From contig DATJEP010000021.1 in the NCBI GenBank assembly GCA_035496475.1, positions 1 to 57,038 of the forward strand: DNA of 57,038 nucleotides, written 5' to 3'. The notes beneath the pieces are model-generated. The model ran no database searches and was not told where the DNA came from. It was given only the letters and a program-made list of their open reading frames with translations. This DNA is from Candidatus Udaeobacter sp. Its GTDB lineage: Bacteria > Eisenbacteria > RBG-16-71-46. Of the stretch, positions 1-12,060 are shown piece after piece (the stretch's first letter is position 1; each line of letters opens with the position of its first letter). The position numbers and the translations under genes were made by a program.

Positions 1-34
1 TCCGGCGCGGGCGGCGCGAATCACCGGCGATTCG

Positions 35-2077
35 GTGGGCTGGAGTCCGCTGCGGCCTCTCGCCGCGCCCGATTCATCACTCATCGACCCACCGCTCTCG
101 ATCGGCGGCCGCCCGATCTGGAGAATCGCGGAGGGCCGCGAGTCGCGGAACGCGGGACCGAAGCGTCCAATGCGAGCGGTTGCGGCGGAGCCAGCTTCTG
201 ATCCCTTCGCGAACGGCGGCCTGCGCCTCAGCTTCCAACTGCATCGCCGTGCCGCGTTGAGCGCGATGGCCGGCGACACGACGGTCGCCGAGTCGTGCGG
301 GTCCGCGCTGTCCCGTCGACCGAGCCCGTGGCGGTGGGAGGCGACGCGTGCGCTCGAGGACCGTGCGCTGGCGCGCGGCGACACGACCTCGATGGCGTCG
401 TTCCTCAGTCAGCGGCAACGATTCCGATCCCAGAGCGAAGACGTCGAGTGCCAGCTCTATCGGGCCCGCATGCAGCTCGCGCGACGCGATTCAGCCGGCG
501 CGCTCGGAACCTGCGTCAGCCTCCTCATCAGGAATCCCACCGCCGCGCCCCGCGAGGCGGTGAGTCTGTTCGATCAGTTGTCGTCGTTCTCCCGCGACTC
601 GGCCGAGGCCGCGGTTCGTCAGACCGCCGCCGCCGAAGTCGAGTTCAATCAGGGCAGCCGCGACGCGGCGATTCGCCGGCTCCGCGTCGTGTTCCGGCCC
701 ACCGCGCGACCGGCGGGGCGCGGCAATCCCTTCCTCGACGCGGGCTGGCACCTCGGCGGCATGCTCCAGAGATCGCGCCGATATGACGAAGCGCTCGCCG
801 TCTTCGACACGCTGAGGAAGTTCTCGCCCGATACGATGGCCCACGCGATGGCGGCGCTGTCGAGCGCGCGAGCCCTTCGCGACGCCGGACGGGTCGACTC
901 CGCGTTCGCGGAATACCGTCGCGCCGCGGCGCTCTTTCCCGCCGCGTCATGGTGGGAGACCGGCCGGGAGGCCGAGGAGCGGGGCCAATTCGCGACGGCG
1001 CGCGATGCCTACACGTCGCTGCTCGCGGCGGGAGATGGGCGCGGGCGCCTGCGCCTCGGTCTCCTCGAGCTCGCCAGCGGCCGCCGCGATGCAGCGCGAG
1101 CGTGGTTCGCCGGCGATACCAGTGAAGCCGGCCGCTTCTGGCGGGCGATCTCGCTGCGGGATTCGGCGCGCGCGAGCGCCGACAGCATTCTCAGGGTCCT
1201 TGCCGCGCTCCCGGGCTACACCTTCTATAGGACGTGCGCTCGCGAGACCCTCGGCGTCCGCGCCGGTCCGATCACCCTGCCGCGCGGATCCGAGACGGTC
1301 GAGCGGGACCGCGCGCTGCTCTTCGTCCGCGAGCTGGTCGAAGCCGGGCTGAGCTCGGACGCGGCGCAGCTGCTCGAGCGCTGGGCCGGCTCCGATCCCG
1401 AGGCCGGTGCTCCCGAAGGACCAGGCCCCGCGATGCCGACCCTCGCGCGACTCCACGCGATCGAGTGGGCGAACGCGTGCGGCCGGTTTCGCATGGCACT
1501 ACAGATGGCGCTCCGCGCCCGCGATGTCGGGTCGGCGATGGCGGCCAGCCCGGATTCCGCCGCGACGGCGCCGGTCGATTTCGTTCCCTACGCCTATCCG
1601 CCGCACTACGCGGACTTGATCGGGGCGCTCTCGCGCGATCGACGCGTCGGCATCGAGCGCGAGCTCCTGCAGGCCGTGGTCTGGCAGGAGAGTCGATTCG
1701 ACAGCGGCGCGGTATCGCGCGTCGGAGCGACGGGTCTGACCCAGCTCACACCCAACGCCATCACGAGCGTTGCCGCCCGGCTTCACGAGCGCGCTCCTTC
1801 GCTGGAGGCGTTGACCGACGCGCGCCTCAACCTTCGCTACGGCGCCTGGCACCTGAAGCAGCTGCTCGACCACTTCCATGGGCGGGTGCCGCTGGCGCTG
1901 GCGGCGTACAATGCCGGAGTCCCGGCCGCCGAGCGCTGGATGAAGCTCGCGCCCGTCGGGGGAGACGCCCTGCTGTGCGAGATGATGGCGTACACCGAGA
2001 CGCGCGACTACGTGAAGAGCATTCTCGCGGCGCGGCAGGCCTACCGGGACCTCAAGCCCTACGTCCTCGCGCCGTGA
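35..2077 (+). CDS. soluble lytic murein transglycosylase (Slt-like); 5' end may lie upstream of the window
   Basis: C-terminal SLT catalytic region (VVWQESRFDSGAVSRVGATGLTQLTP ... AAYNAGV) follows a long Ala/Arg-rich helical N-region. The frame stays open back to base 2 and no signal peptide is seen after the first start codon. Confidence 0.8.
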   Translation: MGWSPLRPLAAPDSSLIDPPLSIGGRPIWRIAEGRESRNAGPKRPMRAVAAEPASDPFANGGLRLSFQLHRRAALSAMAGDTTVAESCGSALSRRPSPWRWEATRALEDRALARGDTTSMASFLSQRQRFRSQSEDVECQLYRARMQLARRDSAGALGTCVSLLIRNPTAAPREAVSLFDQLSSFSRDSAEAAVRQTAAAEVEFNQGSRDAAIRRLRVVFRPTARPAGRGNPFLDAGWHLGGMLQRSRRYDEALAVFDTLRKFSPDTMAHAMAALSSARALRDAGRVDSAFAEYRRAAALFPAASWWETGREAEERGQFATARDAYTSLLAAGDGRGRLRLGLLELASGRRDAARAWFAGDTSEAGRFWRAISLRDSARASADSILRVLAALPGYTFYRTCARETLGVRAGPITLPRGSETVERDRALLFVRELVEAGLSSDAAQLLERWAGSDPEAGAPEGPGPAMPTLARLHAIEWANACGRFRMALQMALRARDVGSAMAASPDSAATAPVDFVPYAYPPHYADLIGALSRDRRVGIERELLQAVVWQESRFDSGAVSRVGATGLTQLTPNAITSVAARLHERAPSLEALTDARLNLRYGAWHLKQLLDHFHGRVPLALAAYNAGVPAAERWMKLAPVGGDALLCEMMAYTETRDYVKSILAARQAYRDLKPYVLAP

Positions 2078-2157
2078 CGGCCTCTGCTCCGACGGCCTCG
2101 ATTCCGGCCGCCGACGGAGCATCCCACTCCCGCCTCACCTTCGATAAGATGTAGGCC

Positions 2158-2805
2158 ATGACCGCCCATCGCCGGCTGGACGATCCGCTCGAGCCGCTGC
2201 GCTCGCGGAGCTGGCTGGTCGAGGCGCGCCGCAAGGCGATCCATCTGTCGTTCATGGTGCTGCCACTCGATCTCCTGTTCGAGCTGCTGCCGTGGCCGCG
2301 GGGGAAGCGCGAGTGGCGGCTCTTCCTGATCGCGCTCAGCCTCGGCGCGATCACGATCGACCTGTTCCGGATTCACGAGCGCCGCGTCCGACAGTTCTTC
2401 CGCGAATTCTTCGGACGCATGATCCGCGAGCACGAGGAGTTCAGCCTGATGGGCTCGACCTACCTCCTCATCGCCTCGCTGCTCTCGGTCGAGATCTTCT
2501 CGCGCGAAGTCGCCGCCGCGGCGATCGGCTTCACGGTGATCGGCGACGCCTTCGCCGCCATGGTGGGCAAGGCATGGGGCCGGCGCCGATTCTTCCGCAA
2601 GACCCTGGAAGGCGCGCTCGGTGGTCTGGCCGCCTGTCTGGCGTGGGCGGCACTGCTGGCGGGCAGCGGACACCTTCCCTGGGGGGTCGCGGTGGCCGGG
2701 GCGGTGGCCGCAAGTCTGGTCGAGCTTCTGCCGATACCTCTGGACGACAATCTCGGCATGACGCTGGTCTCGGGCTACGCCATGAAGCTGCTCGCGGGTT
2801 CGTAG
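2158..2805 (+). CDS. CdsA-superfamily polyprenol/phytol/dolichol kinase-like membrane protein
   Basis: Multi-TM protein with GDAFAAMVGKAWGRRRF..KTLEGALGG, which is typical of the CTP-dependent kinase / phosphatidate cytidylyltransferase superfamily. Confidence 0.6.
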   Translation: MTAHRRLDDPLEPLRSRSWLVEARRKAIHLSFMVLPLDLLFELLPWPRGKREWRLFLIALSLGAITIDLFRIHERRVRQFFREFFGRMIREHEEFSLMGSTYLLIASLLSVEIFSREVAAAAIGFTVIGDAFAAMVGKAWGRRRFFRKTLEGALGGLAACLAWAALLAGSGHLPWGVAVAGAVAASLVELLPIPLDDNLGMTLVSGYAMKLLAGS

Positions 2806-2834
2806 CCGCGGGGCCTGCCGTTACGGAGGCCGCC

Positions 2835-3791
2835 CTGAAACCCGATCGATCCCTCGATCCCTCACCGCTCTACGAGCCGGCAATCGCCTGCGCGGAGACC
2901 GGACGCTTCGCCGAAGCGGTGGCGCGGGCGCTCGAGGTCGCGGCGAAGAACACCGGTGACTCGCATTCCGCCGCCGCGGCGCAGGCGCTGTTTCGGATCG
3001 CGCGCATCGCGGATGCCGGCGATGATCTCGCGAGCGCCGAGCGCGCGCTCGAGCAGGCGGTGCGCCTGCGGCCGGGATTCGCCGACGTTCACTTTCATCT
3101 CGGCTCGGTATTCGCGCGGCGCGGGCGCCGGGCCGAGGCGCGTCGCGAGTTGGAGCTGGCGCTGCGCCACAATGCCGGCTACCTCGCCGCGCGCGTCGAG
3201 CTGGCGATGCTGGATGCACGCGAGGGCCGCATCGGCGAGGCGCTCGAGTCCCTGCGCGGGCTCCAGCGCGACGCGCGGATTGCCGAGCCGCGCGCGTTTC
3301 AGCAGGGTCTGATGCGTCTCGAGAGCGCCGACTGGGACGCGGCCGATACGCTGATCCGTCGCGCGGTGAGGCCCGTCGATCCCAGGATCGAGGAGGCGAT
3401 CGCGAGCTACCGGACGCTGATGGCGGAGGGCGCTCCCGATCGGGCGGCCGACGCGCTGTCGGGGGTGATCCAGCGTCACTCGGGCTATCCCGATCTTCAC
3501 GCTCTGGTCGGCGCCGCCGAGATCGCGCTCGGTCACTACGACGACGCGGTGGATTCGATTGCCCGTGCGCTCGAGCTCAATCCCGACTATCACGCGGCGC
3601 GCGTTCAGCTCGCGATCGCCTTCGACGCGCTCGGCGATCGCTCCGCGGCGATTGAACAGCTCACGATGGTGCTCGACGCCGACGCCGGAAACTCCGCCGC
3701 GCGCGAGATGCTGGAGCGATGGAGCCCGCGTTCGCGTCCGGCCCGCGAGGGCGCGAGCGGGCGCGAATCATCGCCTCGCAAAGAAGCTTGA
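2835..3791 (+). CDS. TPR repeat protein (start uncertain, possibly CTG)
   Basis: Repeated TPR-like helix pairs (AERALEQAVRLRPGFADVHFHLGSVF, ALELNPDYHAARVQLAIAF). Only the part of the 2292-3791 ORF after the upstream stop at 2805 looks coding. GGAGG at 2825-2829 lies 5 nt before CTG 2835, and the next canonical start is GTG 2919. Confidence 0.6.
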   Translation: MKPDRSLDPSPLYEPAIACAETGRFAEAVARALEVAAKNTGDSHSAAAAQALFRIARIADAGDDLASAERALEQAVRLRPGFADVHFHLGSVFARRGRRAEARRELELALRHNAGYLAARVELAMLDAREGRIGEALESLRGLQRDARIAEPRAFQQGLMRLESADWDAADTLIRRAVRPVDPRIEEAIASYRTLMAEGAPDRAADALSGVIQRHSGYPDLHALVGAAEIALGHYDDAVDSIARALELNPDYHAARVQLAIAFDALGDRSAAIEQLTMVLDADAGNSAAREMLERWSPRSRPAREGASGRESSPRKEA

Positions 3792-3867
3792 CCGCGGGCC
3801 CCGCCCGCGCCAAGCTGTCTCCTGTCTCGGGCGAGATCGAGGCATCCGCAGCACAGGAGGGCGCTCC

Positions 3868-4068
3868 ATGGCGCGTGGCACGGTCAAATGGTTCAGCGAC
3901 CAGCGCGGTTACGGATTCATCACGTCGGATGCGCAGGAAGTCTTCGTCCATCACTCGGCGATCGAGGGCAACGGTTTTCGAACACTTCACGAGGGCGAGC
4001 AGGTCGAATTCGAATTGAAGAGCAGTGACCGGGGGGCCGAGGCCGCCCACGTGACCCGGATCTTTTGA
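3868..4068 (+). CDS. cspA: cold-shock protein (CspA family)
   Basis: 66 aa, MARGTVKWFSDQRGYGFI...VFVHHSAI (RNP1/RNP2 motifs), with AGGAGG 8 nt upstream of the ATG. Confidence 0.95.
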   Translation: MARGTVKWFSDQRGYGFITSDAQEVFVHHSAIEGNGFRTLHEGEQVEFELKSSDRGAEAAHVTRIF

Positions 4069-4090
4069 AGTTACCCGCCCGAGACCGCGC

Positions 4091-4124
4091 GGCCCGATGC
4101 TGAAGCATCGGGCCGTGTCGTTTT
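4091..4124 (+). terminator. rho-independent terminator after csp
   Basis: Perfect 10-bp stem GGCCCGATGC / GCATCGGGCC with a TGAA loop, followed by GTGTCGTTTT. Confidence 0.65.
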
Positions 4125-4230
4125 ACATCCAAGGGAACGCCGCCACGCCGACCTCCGGTGCCGATCCAGGCAGAGCGCCCACCGCTGTTCCTCCGGGGCG
4201 CGGCTTGACACAACCTCTATTCTGGAGCCC

Positions 4231-7184
<2,954 letters not shown>

Positions 7185-7185
<1 letters not shown>

Positions 7186-7661
7186 TGGACGAAGCGACGA
7201 ATCAGAGGATCGCGCGGCTCATGCGCCTGCTCGCCGAGCGGCTCGAGTTCTACCTCGAGGGCGACGAGCTGGCGTTCGAGACGCTGGGCGAGGCGCTCGA
7301 GGACGAAGGCTTCGGCCCCGACGACCTGCAGGCGGCGGCATGGATGCTGCGCGGCCTGACCGACAGCACGGGCGCGGCCGCGGCGCCGGGTGCGGCGCCC
7401 GGCAAGCACGCGCAGCGCGTGTTGAGCGCCGAAGAGCGCGCGACGCTGAGTCCCGATGCGTGGGGCTACCTGCTCGAGCTGCAGCGCCGCGGTTCCCTCG
7501 ACGCGGGACAGATCGAGCGCGTGCTCGACCTGGTGGCCGAGTCCGAGGTGCGGCCGGTGGACGTCGACCTGGCGCGCGAGATCGCGACCCGGGTCGCGCT
7601 GCTCGGCGAGACCTCGTCCCCCGGTGAGATTCCCAATGGCGACATCGACGTCATCCACTAG
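7185..7661 (+). CDS. smg: Smg (DUF494) family protein
   Basis: 158 aa acidic protein (RLMRLLAERLEFYLEGDE...DDLQAAAWML). TGATG overlap with the secA stop, and it lies directly upstream of topA as smg does in many bacteria. Confidence 0.75.
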
Positions 7662-7671
7662 GAAGAACCTC

Positions 7672-10137
7672 ATGCGCAAGGACGGCGCAGGAACCGGGAA
7701 GACCGAGTCCCCGAAGAGCCGGAAGAAGGCGGCGCCGAAACGCGCCGCGGCGAAGGCGCGCCGATCGCCCGCGAAGCCGGCGGTCGCAAAGGCGAAGAGC
7801 CCGGCGCCCGCCGCCCGGCGAGGCGCGGGAGCGAAGCCGGCGAAGGACGGCCGTGGATCCGGTGCTCCCAGCGCGCGGGGCAAGACACTGGTCATCGTCG
7901 AGTCCCCGACCAAGTCGCGGACGCTGACCAAGTTTCTCGGCCGCGGCTTCACCGTGATGGCCTCGAACGGGCACATCATGGATCTGCCGAAGAGCAAGCT
8001 GGGCGTCGATCTCGAGAACGGCTTCGAGCCGCAGTACGAGCCGATCAAGACCAAGCAGAACACGCTCGCCAAGCTCCAGCAGGCCGCGCGCGGCGCCGAG
8101 CGCATCTACCTCGCGCCCGATCCCGATCGTGAAGGCGAAGCCATCGCCTGGCATCTTGCCGGTGCGCTCAAGGCGTCGAAGCGCCCGCTCCAGCGGCTCA
8201 CGTTCAACGAGATCACCGAGCGCGCGGTCAAGCAGGCGCTCGAGCATCCCCGCGACCTCGACATGAATCTGGTCAACGCGCAGCAGGCGCGACGCGTGCT
8301 CGACCGGCTGGTGGGCTACAAGGTCAGTCCATTCCTCTGGAAGACGATGTACTTCGGCCTCTCCGCCGGCCGCGTGCAGAGCGTGGCCCTGCGGCTGATC
8401 TGCGAGCGCGAGGACGCGATCGAGGCCTTCGTCCCGGTCGAATACTGGACGCTCGAGGTGGATTACGAGACGGCGGGGGGCGAGCGCTTCACCGCGAGGC
8501 TCGCCCGCGTCGGCGAGGAAGACCTCGAACAGGGGCAGATTCGCGGCGAAGACGCCGAGCAGCGCGCGCGTGCGCTGGCGGTCGAGCTGCAGGGCGCGGC
8601 CGCGCGCGTCGCCAGCGTCGAGACCAGCCCGAAGCAGGTCCATCCGCGCCCGCCGTTCATCACCAGCACGCTCCAGCAGACGGCGTTCAACCGGCTCGGC
8701 TTCACCAGCCAGCGCACCATGAAGATCGCGCAGCAGCTCTACGAGGGCGTCGCGCTCGGGCCGCAGGGAAGCGTCGGACTCATCACCTACATGCGCACCG
8801 ATTCGCCGCGCCTGGCGGGCGAGGCCATCGCCGAGTTTCGGGGCTGGATCGGAAGCCATCTCGGGCCCGAGTATCTGCCCGAATCCCCGCGCAACTTCCG
8901 CGGCAAGAAGAGCGCTCAGGACGCACACGAAGCGATCCGGCCGACCGCGGCCGAGCGCTCGCCGGATTCGGTGCGCGCGTTCCTCAGCGAGGAACAGTTC
9001 CGGCTCTACGATCTGATCTGGAAGCGTGCGCTCGCCTCTCAGGCGGCGTCGGCCGAGTACCTCGCCACCAGCGTCGACGTCGAATCGGGACGCCTCGGCC
9101 TGCGGGCCAGCGGCCGCATCCTCAAGTTCGCCGGCTTCCAGAAGCTCTACGGCATCGACGAGGAGGACGACGAGAACGAATCGCGCCTGCCCGCGCTGAC
9201 CTCGGGCGAGTCGCTGAGCGTGGCGCGCCAGCCGATCGCCGAGGAGACCGAGCCGGTGCGGCCGGCGCAGCATTTCACCCAGCCGCCGCCGCGCTACACC
9301 GAAGCGTCGCTGGTCAAGTCGCTCGAAGAAGAGAACATCGGCAGGCCGAGCACGTACGCCACCATCGTCTCGACCATCACCGGGCGCAAGTACGTCGAGC
9401 GCGACAAGGGCCGCCTGGTGCCGACCGAGGTCGGACGCGCGGTCAATCGCCTGCTGGTGAGCACGTTCTCGGACGTCTTCGATGTTTCCTTTACCCGCAC
9501 CATGGAAGAGGAGCTGGACGGAATCGAAGAGGGCCAGCAGGATTGGCATCACGTGGTGCAGGACTTCTGGAGCCCGCTCAGCCACGATCTCAGCAAAGCC
9601 GAGAAGGACGTCGGCCACCACCGCAAGACGGTGGAGGAAGAGACCGACATCCCGTGCCCGAACTGCGGCCGGAAGCTGGTGCGGAAGTTCGGCCGGCGCG
9701 GCGCGTTCCTCGCGTGCCCCGGCTATCCGGAATGCAAGTACACGCGCCCGGTCGATGACGCCGAGCTGCCGACGCCGGTCCCCGGCACCTGCGATCTCTG
9801 CGGCGCGCCGCTGGTGGCGCGGAACGGGCCCTATGGCCGGTTCATCTCGTGCTCGCGGCGACCCGACTGCAAGTTCACGAAGAAGCTGACCCTCGGCATC
9901 ACCTGCCCCGAGTGCGGGCTCGGCGAGATCGCCGAGAAGCGCACGCGCCGCGGCAAGGTCTTCTACAGCTGCACGCGCTACCCCGATTGCAAGTTCGCGG
10001 CCTGGGACAAGCCGCGCCTCACGCCCTGCCCGAATTGCCAGGCCCCGTTCCTGGTCGAGAAGGAGACGAAGAAGGGACTGGTACTGCGCTGCCTCAAGTG
10101 CAAGTCCACGTTCCAGCCGGAAGCCGTCGGTGCGTGA
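7672..10137 (+). CDS. topA: DNA topoisomerase I with Lys/Ala/Pro-rich N-terminal extension
   Basis: TOPRIM start TLVIVESPTKSRTL, the type IA core, and four C-terminal Cys4 zinc ribbons (CPNCGRKL, CDLCGAPL, CPECGLGE, CPNCQAPF). The first ~70 aa are a basic AKP-rich tail. Confidence 0.95.
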   Translation: MRKDGAGTGKTESPKSRKKAAPKRAAAKARRSPAKPAVAKAKSPAPAARRGAGAKPAKDGRGSGAPSARGKTLVIVESPTKSRTLTKFLGRGFTVMASNGHIMDLPKSKLGVDLENGFEPQYEPIKTKQNTLAKLQQAARGAERIYLAPDPDREGEAIAWHLAGALKASKRPLQRLTFNEITERAVKQALEHPRDLDMNLVNAQQARRVLDRLVGYKVSPFLWKTMYFGLSAGRVQSVALRLICEREDAIEAFVPVEYWTLEVDYETAGGERFTARLARVGEEDLEQGQIRGEDAEQRARALAVELQGAAARVASVETSPKQVHPRPPFITSTLQQTAFNRLGFTSQRTMKIAQQLYEGVALGPQGSVGLITYMRTDSPRLAGEAIAEFRGWIGSHLGPEYLPESPRNFRGKKSAQDAHEAIRPTAAERSPDSVRAFLSEEQFRLYDLIWKRALASQAASAEYLATSVDVESGRLGLRASGRILKFAGFQKLYGIDEEDDENESRLPALTSGESLSVARQPIAEETEPVRPAQHFTQPPPRYTEASLVKSLEEENIGRPSTYATIVSTITGRKYVERDKGRLVPTEVGRAVNRLLVSTFSDVFDVSFTRTMEEELDGIEEGQQDWHHVVQDFWSPLSHDLSKAEKDVGHHRKTVEEETDIPCPNCGRKLVRKFGRRGAFLACPGYPECKYTRPVDDAELPTPVPGTCDLCGAPLVARNGPYGRFISCSRRPDCKFTKKLTLGITCPECGLGEIAEKRTRRGKVFYSCTRYPDCKFAAWDKPRLTPCPNCQAPFLVEKETKKGLVLRCLKCKSTFQPEAVGA

Positions 10138-11014
10138 CGCGCTCCGGCGCTTCCTCGACGAGCTCGCGGCGCAGCGTCGCGCCTCACCGCACACCCTCTC
10201 CGCCTATCGCCGCGACGTGACGCGCGTGCTCGACCTCGCGTCGGAACCCGGGAAGCCGGTCGCGCCCGAGGCGTGGACGCGCGAGCTGCTGGAGCAGGGG
10301 ATGCGCGACCTCCACCGCACGCGGCATTCGACCGCGAGCGCGGCGCGCGCGCTGGCGGCGTGGCGCAGCTTCTCGCGATACTGCATGCGGCGCGGCATCA
10401 TCGGCGTCGATCCGGCGCGGCGGCTGGCGTTTCCGCGCCTTCCGCGCCGGCTGCCGCGCACGCTGCCCGAGGGCGATCTCTCCGCCGCGCTCGACCGCAT
10501 CACCGGCGGCGATGCCGCGGCGCGGCGCGATCGCGCGCTGCTCGAGCTCGCCTATTCCTCCGGGCTGCGGCTCTCCGAGCTGACCGGTCTCAACCACGGT
10601 GACGTCGATCGCGGCGCCGGCGTGCTGCGCGTGCGCGGCAAGGGGCGTCGCGAACGCATCGTGCCGGTCGGCTCGCGGGCACTCGCCGCGCTCGATGCGC
10701 ACCTGTCGGCCGCCGGTCGCGGCGTGGCGCGCGGCGATCAGCCGATATTCCTCGGCCGCGCGGACGCGCGGCTCTCGAACCGCACCGTGCAGCGCGTGGT
10801 GAGCCGAAGGCTGGCGGGCGTGGCGGCCGGGCTCGGGGTCTCCCCGCACGCGCTGCGGCATTCGTTCGCCAGCCATCTGCTCGATCGCGGCGCGGATCTT
10901 CGCGCGATCCAGGAGCTGCTCGGCCACCGCTCGCTCGCGAGCACGCAGGTCTACACCCACGTTTCGAGCGCGCGCCTGCGCAAGGCGTACAAACAGGCGC
11001 ATCCGCGCGCGTGA
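10130..11014 (+). CDS. xerC: tyrosine recombinase XerC
   Basis: N-terminal SAM-like domain (SPHTLSAYRRDV) and catalytic ...HALRHSFASHLL..GADLRAIQELLGHRSLASTQVYTHV. GTG start overlaps the topA stop. Confidence 0.85.
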   Translation: MRDALRRFLDELAAQRRASPHTLSAYRRDVTRVLDLASEPGKPVAPEAWTRELLEQGMRDLHRTRHSTASAARALAAWRSFSRYCMRRGIIGVDPARRLAFPRLPRRLPRTLPEGDLSAALDRITGGDAAARRDRALLELAYSSGLRLSELTGLNHGDVDRGAGVLRVRGKGRRERIVPVGSRALAALDAHLSAAGRGVARGDQPIFLGRADARLSNRTVQRVVSRRLAGVAAGLGVSPHALRHSFASHLLDRGADLRAIQELLGHRSLASTQVYTHVSSARLRKAYKQAHPRA

Positions 11015-12060
11015 GGATCCGCGCGTGGGGAGCCCCGCTCGCCGCGCTGCTCCTCGCACCGGGGTGCGCGAAGCGCGAGCCGCCCTCGGGAGGGCCGCTC
11101 GACATCGAGCCTCCGCGCGTCATCGCCTCGTCGCCGGATTCCGGCGCCGCCGGCGTGGCGCGCGACGCGCGCCTGTCCCTGACGTTCAGCGAGAGCATGG
11201 AGCCGCGCAGCACCGGGGACGCCATCGCGCTGGCGCCGCGCGTCGACATCCGGCAGCGGCGCTGGTCCGGACGCACGCTGTCGCTGGTGCTCACCGACAC
11301 GCTGCAGACCGGCCGCACCTACACACTGTTCGTGAGCTCCGGAGCGAAGGACGTGCACGGCAACGCGCTCGAGAATGGGAAGACCATCGTCTTCAGCACC
11401 GTCACGCCGTTTCCGCCGGGCGTGATCCAGGGAGAGATCGAAGCCCGCGGTTTCCCGGCGGCCGGCACCTACCTCTGGTGCTATGACGCGACGACCGGCC
11501 ACACCCCGGACAGCACCGCGCGCGACTTCAACGCGGTCGGGCTCGCCGACAAGCTCGGCGTGTTTCGTATCTCGGGGCTCGAGGTGCCGGGACGCTACCG
11601 GCTGTGGGCGTTCGCAGATCTCAATTTGAATCGATCGTTCGAGCCCGCGTCCGACATTCTCGCTCCGGTCGACACGGTGTTCGAGCTGACCGGTGCTCAT
11701 CCGATCGCCGCCGGCGTTCACGTCCGCGTCGTCAATCCGCGCGCGCCTGGGAGGGTCCGGGGCGCTGTGCTAGACTCGCTCGCGGACAGTCTCGGCGTGC
11801 TGCGCGTCCTGGTCTACACGCCTCCCGACACCGTGCGGGGGCTGCAGTTCGACGCCGATCTCGAGGCCCAGTTCGACTTCACGCTGCCGCCGGGAACCTA
11901 TGCCGCGCGCGCCTATCGAGATCTCGACCGCAGCCATTCGTGGCAGGCCGATCGCGAGCCCGCCAGCGATCTCGTCACCCTGATCGTGCCGCCGGCGGGT
12001 GACCTTCTGAACGTGCGCCTGGTGCTGCGAAGGGCGCGGGAGAGGCCCTCAGGTCGATGA
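11011..12060 (+). CDS. lipoprotein with SbsA/Big-type Ig-like domain
   Basis: Lipobox LLLAPGC, then SSPDSGAAGV..LSLTFSESMEP...TYTLFVSSGAKDVHGNAL, typical of bacterial Ig-like (Big_5/SbsA) domains. Overlaps the xerC stop. Confidence 0.55.
   Translation: MRIRAWGAPLAALLLAPGCAKREPPSGGPLDIEPPRVIASSPDSGAAGVARDARLSLTFSESMEPRSTGDAIALAPRVDIRQRRWSGRTLSLVLTDTLQTGRTYTLFVSSGAKDVHGNALENGKTIVFSTVTPFPPGVIQGEIEARGFPAAGTYLWCYDATTGHTPDSTARDFNAVGLADKLGVFRISGLEVPGRYRLWAFADLNLNRSFEPASDILAPVDTVFELTGAHPIAAGVHVRVVNPRAPGRVRGAVLDSLADSLGVLRVLVYTPPDTVRGLQFDADLEAQFDFTLPPGTYAARAYRDLDRSHSWQADREPASDLVTLIVPPAGDLLNVRLVLRRARERPSGR

Noticed and set aside
2292-2834. N-terminal 180 aa of the 499-aa ORF 2292-3791.
   Set aside because: It overlaps the kinase-like gene out of frame and is Arg/Gly/Pro-rich low-complexity sequence. 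Only the portion after 2805 has TPR character.
4205-4210. A perfect TTGACA 21 nt upstream of the secA ATG, considered as a -35 box.
   Set aside because: No acceptable -10 hexamer lies at 16-18 nt spacing, since the position falls on GGAGCCC/ATG. It is likely a coincidence.
10130-11014. Tyrosine recombinases (also 21390-22346) considered as phage or ICE integrases marking a mobile element, with tRNA-Arg as an attachment site.
   Set aside because: Both have XerC/XerD-type length and motifs and are translationally coupled to topA and uvrC respectively. No phage, conjugation or cargo genes and no direct repeats of the tRNA 3' end were seen.
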